Shown: positions 27,317 through 36,678, counted from the stretch's first letter. The stretch is DNA of 46,260 nucleotides from Planctomycetota bacterium (GCA_021808995.1 JAKBAP010000001.1:1-46260), one strand, 5' to 3'. The notes: a model not told the origin generated them from the sequence alone. Translations and numbers: made by a program.

Positions 27317-30300
27317 ATGTTGACACCCCAAGAGTCTGGACCAAAAGGCGACGCCGAATCCGACCAGCCCAAGGGGGCCGGCCGGATCGATGGCGCGTTC
27401 GCGAGCGCGGGCGCCGCCGACGCGCCAACGGTTCAGCGGGGCTCGGGAAGCTCGTCGCGCAAGGCCGCGGGGGCGAATTCGGACACGGCCCGCACGATTC
27501 CCCGCCCCGGCGACCAGATCGGCGGCTTCCTGCTCGAGCAAGTCATCGGCGAAGGGGGAATGGGGGCGGTCTTTCGGGCGGTCGACCCCAGGCTCGACCG
27601 CGAGGTCGCGCTCAAGCTCTTGCCCCTCGCCCAGGACGCCGACCCCGAGGTCGTTCAGCGCTTCCTCGAGGAGGGTCGATCCGCCGCCCGGCTCGATCAC
27701 GAAAACGTCGCGCGGGTCTACAGCATCGGCCAGGACGGCCCCTACCATTACATCGCCTTCGAATACATCGCGGGCGAAACCATCCGCCAGCGGGTCGAGA
27801 CCACGGGACCACTCACCCCCGCGCAGGCCATCACCATCACCCTGGAAATCGCCCACGCCCTGGTCCATTCCGCCAGCCGCGGCGTCGTCCACCGCGACAT
27901 CAAGCCCTCGAACATCATCATCACCCCCCAGGGACGGGCCAAGCTCGTCGACATGGGCCTCGCCCGCCGCTTCGAACGCGAAGGGGACCAGGGCCTCACC
28001 CAGACCGGCGTCACCCTGGGCACGTTTGATTATATCAGCCCCGAACAGGCCCGCGACCCCCGCGACGTCGACATCCGAAGCGATCTCTATTCACTGGGAT
28101 GCACGCTGTATCATATGCTCACGGGGCATCCTCCATTCCCCGGGGGGACGTGGCTCCAGAAGCTGATCCAGCACCAGGAGGAGCGCCCGCCGGACCCTCG
28201 GAGCGAACGGCCGGAGATTCCGGCCTCCCTGGCCGCGCTCACGGTGAAGCTCATGGCCAAGGACCGAGAGCGGCGGTGCCAATCGCCAGAAATCCTGGTG
28301 CGCGATTTGATTGTGATCGCGGCCGATCTCGGGGTGGATCTGGGGGGCGATGGGCATGGCTGGGGCGACCCGTTGCCGCGCGCGGCCTGGGAACGGCACC
28401 TGGCGTGGAGCGCCCCGGCGGCGGGATTCGTGCTGGTGCTGTTGGCGCTGGTCGCCTGGAATCGGGAGACGCCCGATCCGGCCGCGCCGCGCCCCGAGCG
28501 CCCGGTGGTGGCGGCGCGTCCGATCGAGCCGGCCCGGGTCGGCGGCCCTGAATCCAAGCCCTCCGCCGGTGGCGACCCCTCGCCCCCGGTCGAGCCCCCC
28601 CAGTTCAACCCCCGCACCATCCCGGTCAGCTCGAACGAGGATCTGCTGGAGATCCTGTCCCAGGCACCGCCGCGATCCGTGGTGGTTCTGGCCGATGATG
28701 GACCCTATCGCATCGGGGGGAGGGCCTGGTCCTCGCGCCCCACGCCGCCCCTGGCCAACCTGGACCTGACCATCAAGCCCGAGGCAGGCGTCCGCCCGGT
28801 GATCCGGTTCGCGTCCGACGCCTTTCTGGCCGAGCGGCCCTCGAGCACGATTTTTGAGTTCATTGGCGGGCGCATCGTCCTCGACGGGCTGGATTTCGAG
28901 GTCGAGTCCACCGACGGCAATCTCGCCCTGACCGCGATCAAGGTCGACGGCGCGGAGCTCACGATCCGCGGCTGTACGTTCCGGCGGCCCTCGTCACAGG
29001 GGGCCGAAAACGTGACGGCCCTCGCGATCAAGGCGTTCGAGGGGCGGTCGTGGACCGAGCGCCCGCCGGCGGTCGTCGTTGACGCGAGCCATTTCGACGG
29101 CGACCAGATTGGCCTGCGGGCGTCGGGGGCGGTCGACGTGGTCTTGCGGGATTGCACGATGGGGCCAGGGGTGCCCTCGTTTCTGCTGGGCGACTCGGCT
29201 CGGCCGACCAATTCGCCGGTCGAGCTGAGGCTGATGCATTCCAGCATCCTGGTGGGCGAGACCGAGGTCTTTCGGATCAAGGGGGGGCCGGCGCGGGTCT
29301 GGGCCGACGATTGCGTCATCGCCCGTTCGGGTGCCCGATCGGGGACCTTGGTCGCGGTTCCCGACGAGCGCGAGCTCATCTGGCGCGGTCGATCGAATCT
29401 CTATGGGGGGATTGGCGAGTTCCTGCGGGTCGGCGGTGCCGACAAGGGGGTCGACTTCGCGCGCTGGAGCGACGCCGCCAGCCTGCGTGAGACGGGCGGG
29501 CGAGCGGTCTCGGCCTCGCCCTGGGCGGCGGCCGAGCCGGCGGTGACCCTCAAGAAATATCGCGAAAACCCTTCGCGAGCGTTTCAGCTCGCTGCGGCTG
29601 GCGGGGGCCAGGCGGGGGCCAGGCAGGGCCCCCAGGGAGCGATTCCTAGGCCTGTGATCGCGGCCCCACCCGAGGTCAATCTCGTCGCGAGCAAGGATCC
29701 GGCCCGTCCGCTTGATCAAGCCGATACGTTCGCTCGCCCCGGTTCGCGTGGCGAGCCGATCATCGACGAGCTGACCAATCCCCGCGCCATCCGCGACCCC
29801 AAGGGAGAGGCCGACGACCCCATGACCCTCCCCACCATGCCCCCGTCGACCCAGCTCGAGGCCGAGAACCGCCCCCCGGCCAATCCCGATCCACCAGTCG
29901 TCCAGTCACCCACCCAGGAATCGCGGCCTACCAGCCCCGAGCGCGACGCCGATCGCGAGCTCAAGCAAACCGATCCCGCGATGGTCCACGACGCGTCACG
30001 GCTGGCCGACGAACTGCGCAGGGCCGGCCAGCGCGGCGGGATTGTCACCCTCGCCCCCGGCTCGCGGATCGACACCCCCACGATCGTCCTCGAAGGGGAC
30101 GGCCGCCGCGAGATCCTCGCTGGACCCGACGGCGAGCGACCCCGCCTTCGCCTCCGGATCCCAGCGGGTTCGCCCCCGCTGGCCAATGCCTGGACCACCC
30201 TTCTCGACCTCCGATCGGGCTCGCTGCGGATCAAGGGCGTGGACCTGATCGTGACCGAGACGGACCCGTCCTCGAGCGCCCGTGTCGCCGCCGTCGGCGT

Positions 30301-31087
30301 CGCGTCGGGCGCTGAGCTCACCCTCGAGAATTGCACGCTCACCATCGCCTCGACCCGAGCCGGCGCGACGGCCCTGGTGGTCCCGCCGCCAACCTCGGCC
30401 CGGATCGATTCCAGCACCCCACGCGAAGCGGTCATTCGGGTTCGCGATTGTTTCCTGCGGTCCGGAGGCGACGGCGTCGCCGTCACGGGCGGGCGCAGGC
30501 TCGACCTCGAGCTCACCAACGTCCTGGCGTCCAGCGAAGGGAGCCTGATCCACGCCCATGGCGCGGCGCGGGGGGGGCGGACCGAGAAATTCGCCGTCAA
30601 CCTGCGAATCGACCAATCCACTCTCCGCGTCAAGGGAGGGGTGGTCCACCTCGACAGCACGCCCGACGCGCCCCGGATCTCCTCGGCCTCGATCGTCGCC
30701 GAGCACACGATCATCACCACCGCCGACAGCATCGACCCGATCTTCCGCCTCGACGGCCAGGACCAGCTCGACGACCTCAACGACAAAATCCGCTGGGAAT
30801 CCCTGGCCGTCGTCTATGACCACATCAAAACATACCGACGAGACGAAGTCGTCGGCTTCGGCGTGATGCCCCGGGTCTACGACCGCGCCCATTGGCTCTC
30901 GGTCTTCCAGCCCAAGGAAGAATCACCCTCCCTGGTCGAGGTCAAGTTCTCGAATCCCGCCGGGTCGTCCGTGAGCGCGTGGACGCTCGACAAGGACAAT
31001 CTCCGCCTCCCCGCCACGAGCCCCGTCCACGATCTCGGCCCCGACCTAGACCGCGTCCCGGACGCGCCCAGGTCAAGCGCCCTCTGA
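27317..31087 (+). CDS. membrane-spanning Ser/Thr protein kinase with large duplicated extracytoplasmic region
   Basis: 1256 aa. Hanks motifs GEGGMGAVF, VALKLL, HRDIKPSNIII, DMGLAR, SPEQ. TM helix LAWSAPAAGFVLVLLALVAW (about 28399-28460). Pro-rich linkers and two similar C-terminal modules. Confidence 0.92.
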   Translation: MLTPQESGPKGDAESDQPKGAGRIDGAFASAGAADAPTVQRGSGSSSRKAAGANSDTARTIPRPGDQIGGFLLEQVIGEGGMGAVFRAVDPRLDREVALKLLPLAQDADPEVVQRFLEEGRSAARLDHENVARVYSIGQDGPYHYIAFEYIAGETIRQRVETTGPLTPAQAITITLEIAHALVHSASRGVVHRDIKPSNIIITPQGRAKLVDMGLARRFEREGDQGLTQTGVTLGTFDYISPEQARDPRDVDIRSDLYSLGCTLYHMLTGHPPFPGGTWLQKLIQHQEERPPDPRSERPEIPASLAALTVKLMAKDRERRCQSPEILVRDLIVIAADLGVDLGGDGHGWGDPLPRAAWERHLAWSAPAAGFVLVLLALVAWNRETPDPAAPRPERPVVAARPIEPARVGGPESKPSAGGDPSPPVEPPQFNPRTIPVSSNEDLLEILSQAPPRSVVVLADDGPYRIGGRAWSSRPTPPLANLDLTIKPEAGVRPVIRFASDAFLAERPSSTIFEFIGGRIVLDGLDFEVESTDGNLALTAIKVDGAELTIRGCTFRRPSSQGAENVTALAIKAFEGRSWTERPPAVVVDASHFDGDQIGLRASGAVDVVLRDCTMGPGVPSFLLGDSARPTNSPVELRLMHSSILVGETEVFRIKGGPARVWADDCVIARSGARSGTLVAVPDERELIWRGRSNLYGGIGEFLRVGGADKGVDFARWSDAASLRETGGRAVSASPWAAAEPAVTLKKYRENPSRAFQLAAAGGGQAGARQGPQGAIPRPVIAAPPEVNLVASKDPARPLDQADTFARPGSRGEPIIDELTNPRAIRDPKGEADDPMTLPTMPPSTQLEAENRPPANPDPPVVQSPTQESRPTSPERDADRELKQTDPAMVHDASRLADELRRAGQRGGIVTLAPGSRIDTPTIVLEGDGRREILAGPDGERPRLRLRIPAGSPPLANAWTTLLDLRSGSLRIKGVDLIVTETDPSSSARVAAVGVASGAELTLENCTLTIASTRAGATALVVPPPTSARIDSSTPREAVIRVRDCFLRSGGDGVAVTGGRRLDLELTNVLASSEGSLIHAHGAARGGRTEKFAVNLRIDQSTLRVKGGVVHLDSTPDAPRISSASIVAEHTIITTADSIDPIFRLDGQDQLDDLNDKIRWESLAVVYDHIKTYRRDEVVGFGVMPRVYDRAHWLSVFQPKEESPSLVEVKFSNPAGSSVSAWTLDKDNLRLPATSPVHDLGPDLDRVPDAPRSSAL

Positions 31088-31093
31088 GCCGCC

Positions 31094-32266
31094 TCACCCC
31101 CCCCGCGCGAGCCGAGCGAGCGCCTCCGCCGGGTTTCCCGACTCGACGCGATCCAGAGCATCCACAATACACTGTACATGCGATCCGCGAAACGGCACGG
31201 CCGCGAAAGCGGGGGGCGGGTCGCCCACGATCCGTTCGGCGATCAGGCGGGCGAGCTCGCCGAGACCCTGTCCGCGCTCCGCGGAGATCGCCAGCTCCAC
31301 CCCGACCTGGTCGAGGGACCACGCTGGCGGTAGGTCGCTCTTGTTGGCGACCACGATCCGAGCTTGGTGGGGTTGACTCAGCAGGTGAAAATCACTGGGC
31401 TCAAGGGGCATGGAACCGTCCAGGACGAGCAGGACCAGGTCCGCGTGAGCGCGGGCGGCCCTCGCCCGCTCGATTCCTTGGCGTTCGATGGAATCGATGG
31501 CTTCTCGTTCGCCGGCGGTGTCGACGAGCTCGATCGGCCATCCCTCGAGCGCGAGCTCACAGGTCACCACGTCGCGGGTGGTGCCTGGCCGGTGGTCGAC
31601 GAGTGCTCGCTCTCGCCCGATGATCGCGTTCATGAGGCGGCTTTTGCCCACGTTGGGTCGACCGGCCAATGCGACGGTCCATCCCCGGGCAAGCCTGAGC
31701 CCGATACCCGAGCGCTGGATCAGGGTCTTGAGCCGCCCGACCAGCGCCTCGCGATCAGCGACCACGAGCCGGGCGATCGCCGCGATTTCGCGGTCGAGAG
31801 CGCCATCGGCCTGGTCGAGCAAGATCGCCGCCGTCTTGAGCGTGGCCGCGAGGGGCAGATCCTCAAGGGCCTGCGTGGCGATCACGCTCTGGGCCGTCGT
31901 GGCCGCGACGAGACCGGGCTCGGCCCGCGCTGCCCCGGCCTGGATCAGCGTGTGCATCACCGCGAGCGGGGCCGCCCGTCCGCCGTGGCACTGGATCTCA
32001 AGGATTCCCTGGTCATCGAGGATCTCGACGACCACCTGATCACCCACGCCGCAAGCTCCCAGGCGGCCGACCCTCGGCCGGCCTGGTCGCATTCGCGCCA
32101 GGCCGATCCCCGACGCCGGCCGAAACAACCGATCGACCATCGCGAGCGAGCCTGGTCCCCACACCCGGACCACGGCGATCGCGCCCGCGCCCGGCGGCGT
32201 GATCACCGCCGCGCGCGTCGACCCTGGAATCTCACTCTCGGCTGGATGCGGTTTCTCGGTGTCCAC
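31094..32266 (-). CDS. MnmE/TrmE-family GTPase, atypical (no C-terminal C-I-G-K motif)
   Basis: 390 aa, GTG start. N-domain GAIAVVRVWGPGS ... ILEIQCHGG ... ARAEPG. G domain GRPNVGKS, GTTRD, DTAG, NKSD. Ends ...NPAEALARLARGG. Confidence 0.8.
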   Translation of the reverse strand: MDTEKPHPAESEIPGSTRAAVITPPGAGAIAVVRVWGPGSLAMVDRLFRPASGIGLARMRPGRPRVGRLGACGVGDQVVVEILDDQGILEIQCHGGRAAPLAVMHTLIQAGAARAEPGLVAATTAQSVIATQALEDLPLAATLKTAAILLDQADGALDREIAAIARLVVADREALVGRLKTLIQRSGIGLRLARGWTVALAGRPNVGKSRLMNAIIGRERALVDHRPGTTRDVVTCELALEGWPIELVDTAGEREAIDSIERQGIERARAARAHADLVLLVLDGSMPLEPSDFHLLSQPHQARIVVANKSDLPPAWSLDQVGVELAISAERGQGLGELARLIAERIVGDPPPAFAAVPFRGSHVQCIVDALDRVESGNPAEALARLARGG

Positions 32267-32306
32267 CAGACTCGCTTCACGCTCGACGGCCCAACATGTT
32301 CACGCC

Positions 32307-33089
32307 TTAATTGTATCCCTTGTCGGCGGGGTTGAGAGCGCCCGAGGCATTCAAGAGCCCGTTCACCACCATGATGACCCGGCCCGAGCCCAGGGTGCCG
32401 GGGCGCGGATGGGCGTCCGGAATAAACTGAAACCGGACATCGCCCAGGCCCATGTTCCAGTTGTTGACGCTGCTGGGCGCGTTCCCGTTCGCCAGCGGGC
32501 TTATGAGCGTCCCATTGCTATTGAGATAGTTGCCCGGGAAATTTCCCGAACCTGGGATCGCCGTGCCGGCCCCGGTAAACATCGTGCCCGAGCTCGCGTC
32601 ATGCACCCAGTTCAGGTGGGTGGGCAAGCCGTGGACCTCGGTCCCGGTCGGACCGGAGAGATCAAGCACGATGCTCGCGCCCGTGTTCAGGGCTGCCCCG
32701 CTCAGGAAATTGACCACGCCCGTCACGGTTCCACTCGGACTCGAGGGCTCGAAGATGAAGAACTGAAAATGGAGTCGACGGGAAAAGTTGCTGGTCGACG
32801 GCTTGCCATAGCCATGGATCGAGATCGATTGGGTGCTGAATCGGCCGGGGCCGACCGTGTAATAGCCGATGGATCGCGCTGTGAACGACTCACGCTTGAC
32901 CTCGGCCGCCGTTGGCTGAGGTGTCCCCGGCGGATACAGGATCGGCACGAATTGCTGAACGTCGAGCGCGGGATAGTGGCGGCCAGGAAGAGCTGGCCCG
33001 AGCGACGACATGAGCTCACGGTCCTCAAGCCCCTCGAGCCTGGGCCGTAGGCGCTTCGATCGGCGATCGCGCGGCGTTTCGATGCTCAT
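32307..33089 (-). CDS. uncharacterised family, tandem paralog 1 (260 aa)
   Basis: ATG 33089 with GGAAGGAG 7 nt upstream. N-terminus MSIETPRDRRSKRLRPRLEGLEDRELMSS. Shared blocks with the two upstream genes (EVKRESFTARSIGYYTVGPGRFS..SISIHGYG; ...GSGRVIMVVNGLLN). Confidence 0.85.
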   Translation of the reverse strand: MSIETPRDRRSKRLRPRLEGLEDRELMSSLGPALPGRHYPALDVQQFVPILYPPGTPQPTAAEVKRESFTARSIGYYTVGPGRFSTQSISIHGYGKPSTSNFSRRLHFQFFIFEPSSPSGTVTGVVNFLSGAALNTGASIVLDLSGPTGTEVHGLPTHLNWVHDASSGTMFTGAGTAIPGSGNFPGNYLNSNGTLISPLANGNAPSSVNNWNMGLGDVRFQFIPDAHPRPGTLGSGRVIMVVNGLLNASGALNPADKGYN

Positions 33090-33126
33090 TGATCGACTCC
33101 TTCCATACCACCCATGCCGCCGGTCC

Positions 33127-33972
33127 TCACGAATAATACTTAGAGACCGCGCTCGCCATCTGGTTGTAATTCAAGAGCCCCTGGAACGTGACGATCGCCT
33201 GTCCGGAACCCATGGTCCCGGGCTGGGCGTGGGGCGACGGCCGATAGACGATGTCAAGCGTGCCCGTCCCCTGCGTGAATCCAGCGGGAGCGATGAATGG
33301 ACCGCCACTGTTGGTGTCGAAGGTCCAAGACAACTGCCTTGGCAGCGGGCCGTTGGCCGCCGGGTCGCCCTGCGCTCCATGAAGGTCCAGGACCAAGAGC
33401 CCGCCAGACTGAAGATAGTTTTCCGGGAAGAGCCCCGCGATGCCGGTGGTCTGGCCAGCGTAGGGGTCGCCAGGCGTCGGCGTGGCGTTCGGGTCGGCGG
33501 GGGGAAAGAGGGCGATCTGGAACTTTCCCTTGAGAAAGGCGTTTGAACCGCCATCGACACCATAGAAATGGATCGTGCTCGCGCGGTCGCTAAACCGCGG
33601 TGTACCGATCGTGTAATGGCCGATCCAGCGAGCGGTGAAGGTTTCCCGCTTGATTTCCCGAGGCGAGGGGGTCATCGGAGTGGCCGAGCCGGGACCATAG
33701 AGCAGGTTCGCCGACTGGGCGATGACCCTGGGATTCAGGAACGGCCCCTGGGGTTGCGACCCGTAAAAGCCATGATGGCTCCCGACCCTCGCCTGGGCGA
33801 TTTCAGCCTGGAGCGCCGAGACGTAAGCCGGGACTCGAGCGGTTTGGTGAGTGATCCCGATCCGAGAGGGCAGATCGCGCTTTTCCAGCGGTTCGAGCGC
33901 CGGCCGCGCGGCGGCCCGTGCGCGCCGGCGCGGTCTTTCGCCTTTGATCCAGCCGTCGTCGACGAAACCCAT
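33127..33972 (-). CDS. uncharacterised family, tandem paralog 2 (281 aa)
   Basis: ATG 33972, 13 nt after the upstream stop (GAGGGG overlaps that stop). RPRRRARAAARPALEPLEKRDLPS. EIKRETFTARWIGHYTIGTPRFSDRASTIHFYG. LFPPADPNATPTPGDPYAGQ. GSGQAIVTFQGLLN. Confidence 0.85.
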   Translation of the reverse strand: MGFVDDGWIKGERPRRRARAAARPALEPLEKRDLPSRIGITHQTARVPAYVSALQAEIAQARVGSHHGFYGSQPQGPFLNPRVIAQSANLLYGPGSATPMTPSPREIKRETFTARWIGHYTIGTPRFSDRASTIHFYGVDGGSNAFLKGKFQIALFPPADPNATPTPGDPYAGQTTGIAGLFPENYLQSGGLLVLDLHGAQGDPAANGPLPRQLSWTFDTNSGGPFIAPAGFTQGTGTLDIVYRPSPHAQPGTMGSGQAIVTFQGLLNYNQMASAVSKYYS

Positions 33973-33985
33973 GGCCGCCTGCCCC

Positions 33986-34957
33986 TCAGTTGATTCCCTG
34001 GAAGAGCGCGTTCAGCGTCCCGCTCTCATGCACGAGCCCCTGAATGCGAACCACCACTGTCCCCGACTGGCTCGCCCCGGCACGCAAGCGACCATCGGGC
34101 TTATAAAAGACCTCGATCAAGCCCATCCCCTGGGTATAGGCGACCGCCCCCCCCGCGCCCCCCTGAACGGCGATCGGTTGACCCGTGGAAGGGTTGGTCT
34201 GAACCGCCGGCGTGGTCGCGTAGGCGGGATTGGTGAACGCCCCCGCCCCCGTCGTGTCGAGCGTGAAACCCAGCCGCGAGGGAAGCCCATGCTGGAGCGC
34301 CTGGGGCGCGTTGCTGGGCACGCCCGGCAGATTGTTGACATCAAAGAGGATCTGATCGGAGGTTTGCAGGTAATTGCCCGGGATGATCGAGGAGATCCCG
34401 GCGATCTGGCCCGCGACGGGGTCGAGGGTGGTCGGCGTCGCCGAGGGGTCGGCTGGGGGGAACAAGAGCAACTGCGCCCGGCCTTGCAAGAACCAGTTCG
34501 AGGCCACGCTTCGGCCATCGCTATAGATATGGATCGTGGCCGACTGATTGGAAAACCGGGGCGCTCCCACCGAGTAGCGACCGGTGTAAGTGGCCCAGAA
34601 GGTCTGCCTACGAAGCTCGTGGGGAGTTGGCTGGGCCGAGGCGTAGGTCCCCGCCGGAAACACCTGCCCACCAATCGCGATCGGCTGGGTCGTAGTGACC
34701 GGGGCGTAAAGCGTGCTCGCCAGTGAATCGATATAGTTTTGGTTGACCCACCGAGGCGTGGCCGCCGCCGACTGAGCATTCTGGGCCGCCGGCCGAGCGC
34801 CCGCGAGCACCAGATTGAGCGCCGGCACGTTGACGCGCGGATGATCCACCCGGCCCATGATATGCAACCCCGACGGCAGCTCGCGGTGCTCGAGCCGCTC
34901 GATATCAGGTCGGCATCCCCGTCCGAGGGCTTCCCGTCGCCGGCTTCCCGCTCGCAT
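33986..34957 (-). CDS. uncharacterised family, tandem paralog 3 (323 aa from ATG 34957; track ORF starts at GTG 34996)
   Basis: GAGAGGAG sits 8-9 nt upstream of ATG 34957. MRAGSRRREALGRGCRPDIERLEHRELPS. ELRRQTFWATYTGRYSVGAPRFSNQSATIHIYS. LFPPADPSATPTTLDPVAGQ. QSGTVVVRIQGLVH. Confidence 0.85.
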   Translation of the reverse strand: MRAGSRRREALGRGCRPDIERLEHRELPSGLHIMGRVDHPRVNVPALNLVLAGARPAAQNAQSAAATPRWVNQNYIDSLASTLYAPVTTTQPIAIGGQVFPAGTYASAQPTPHELRRQTFWATYTGRYSVGAPRFSNQSATIHIYSDGRSVASNWFLQGRAQLLLFPPADPSATPTTLDPVAGQIAGISSIIPGNYLQTSDQILFDVNNLPGVPSNAPQALQHGLPSRLGFTLDTTGAGAFTNPAYATTPAVQTNPSTGQPIAVQGGAGGAVAYTQGMGLIEVFYKPDGRLRAGASQSGTVVVRIQGLVHESGTLNALFQGIN

Positions 34958-35013
34958 CAACCCACTCCTCTCACCCCAAACCCCCGTCCCGCCCACGCCC
35001 GAGCCCTGGTATT

Positions 35014-36678
35014 TCAGGGAAGAATCCGCTCGCCCACCGCCGTGTTCAAATCCAGGATCGCGCGGCGATGACGAACCATCGCGTCACGATACGCCCGAAC
35101 CACGTCGTTGAAATCTTGCTGGGCCGCCAGATACTCAAGGGCGCTGGTGTTGCCGCCCCGGAACCGGTCGAGGGCCTTGTCGCGGGCACTCCGCGAGGTC
35201 GGAATGATCTCGGTTCGCAGCCGTTCGACGGCCGCCCGGCTTTGCTCGAGCTCTTGCTCGGCGTTCAAGACATCGCTCACGACTGTCCGCTCCTGGCTCG
35301 CCATCTGGATCTCGGTCTGCGGAATGTTGATCTTGGCCCGCGCGACGTTCCCCTGGTTGCGATTAAAAAGCGGAACCGTCGCGGTGACGCCCAGCGTCCA
35401 CGAATAGGCGCTCGGAACCCCGAGATAGGTGTTGTTTTGCAGGGTATAGGGCTGATAAAGCAGATAGACGTCGGGATAGCCGTTAGCCTTCGCGAGCTTG
35501 AGGTCGGCGTTGGCCCGTCGAATGGCGATCCGGGCCGCGGCCAGATCCGGGCGCCGCTCAAGCCCCTTGGCCACCAGGTCGGTCCGCGACAACGGAGCCG
35601 ACTGCAAGAGCCCCACCGAGTCCCGCACCCGAATGTCGTCAACCCGATCCAGCGGCATGTTCAGGATCAAGGCCAACGCGCGATTGGCCTTGGACCGCGC
35701 GATGATCGCCTCTTGCAACTGGAGCTCGGACTTCATCACGTTGGCCTTCATCGTCAGCACATCCGACTGCTGGACCTGATCCCCCTTATAGAGGAGCTCG
35801 GTGAGCTTGAGCACCTTGCGAATACCCGTCAGATAGAGCTCGCTGAACTGCACCGTGAGACCGGCGGCGACCACGTCCTCGTAAAAGGTATAAAGATTGT
35901 CGATCTGATTGCGCACCGCGTCCTGGAGCTGGGCCTCGGTCACGTACTTGGCGGCCTTGGCCGATTCGATCCGCGCCAGCCTCTTGAACGTGACATCCAG
36001 AGGAAGGTTCAGGTTGATATCACTCTGGGGTGGCCCGCCCGGGCGCAGGAACGAGAAATGACCGTAGGGAATGAGCTGGGTGTCCGCGTAAAAGACCGGG
36101 TTGGCGCGCAAGCCCGCCGTGAGGAGGTCGGCCTGGGCCATCGGGATCTCCAGGCGGGCCGCCTGGAGGTCGAGGTTTTGCTTGACCACGATCTCGATCG
36201 CCGTGTCCAGGTTCATCCCGTTTTCGGGTCCAAACATGACGAAATCGGCCGGCAAGTCGAGCTCGCCATACTGAGGGACCTGCGCCTCCGTCGCGATCTG
36301 AGTGATCGCCTGCTGCGCGCCCTGGGTCCGAAAGACAGGCATTCCCGGGCTGGCGAAGGCGGCGGCCGGGACATGGGTCCCCTGCGGTCCAGGCCGGCCG
36401 CTCAAGGGGGCGTTCGACGGAGTGTCGTACGACGGGAAATTGGCCGAGCCCAGCGGCTGGCCGACCATGCTGGCCCCTCCGGCCGCGCCCGGAGGCGCTC
36501 CCACGTCAAACTGCGGCCCCTGCGCATGGGCCGCCGTCGATGTCAGCCAGACCGCGATAATCAGGGCGCACACTCGACTCGCCTTGGCATGAAGCCACGC
36601 TCGTCGCCCGCCCCCATGGCTCGATCCGTTCCTGGTCCACGACCTGGAACCGAGCCGTTCCCCATCCTGACGATCCAT
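35014..36678 (-). CDS. TolC-family outer-membrane efflux/secretion factor (OMF)
   Basis: 554 aa. AGGAGG 8 nt upstream of ATG 36678. Signal sequence ...RVCALIIAVWLTSTAAHA. OEP-type repeats (LDTAIEIVVKQNLDLQAARLEIPMAQADLLTAGLRANP...; second repeat ...RPDLAAARIAIRRANADLKLAKA...). Confidence 0.88.
   Translation of the reverse strand: MDRQDGERLGSRSWTRNGSSHGGGRRAWLHAKASRVCALIIAVWLTSTAAHAQGPQFDVGAPPGAAGGASMVGQPLGSANFPSYDTPSNAPLSGRPGPQGTHVPAAAFASPGMPVFRTQGAQQAITQIATEAQVPQYGELDLPADFVMFGPENGMNLDTAIEIVVKQNLDLQAARLEIPMAQADLLTAGLRANPVFYADTQLIPYGHFSFLRPGGPPQSDINLNLPLDVTFKRLARIESAKAAKYVTEAQLQDAVRNQIDNLYTFYEDVVAAGLTVQFSELYLTGIRKVLKLTELLYKGDQVQQSDVLTMKANVMKSELQLQEAIIARSKANRALALILNMPLDRVDDIRVRDSVGLLQSAPLSRTDLVAKGLERRPDLAAARIAIRRANADLKLAKANGYPDVYLLYQPYTLQNNTYLGVPSAYSWTLGVTATVPLFNRNQGNVARAKINIPQTEIQMASQERTVVSDVLNAEQELEQSRAAVERLRTEIIPTSRSARDKALDRFRGGNTSALEYLAAQQDFNDVVRAYRDAMVRHRRAILDLNTAVGERILP

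Noticed and set aside
26960-27892. N-terminal 311 codons of the 952-aa minus-strand ORF 25034..27892
   Set aside because: This part runs through the divergent promoter region and antisense to the kinase N-terminus, and it is Gly/Asp/Arg-rich. An internal ATG at 26959 with an SD gives a protein starting with the same N-terminal motif as the tandem paralogs.
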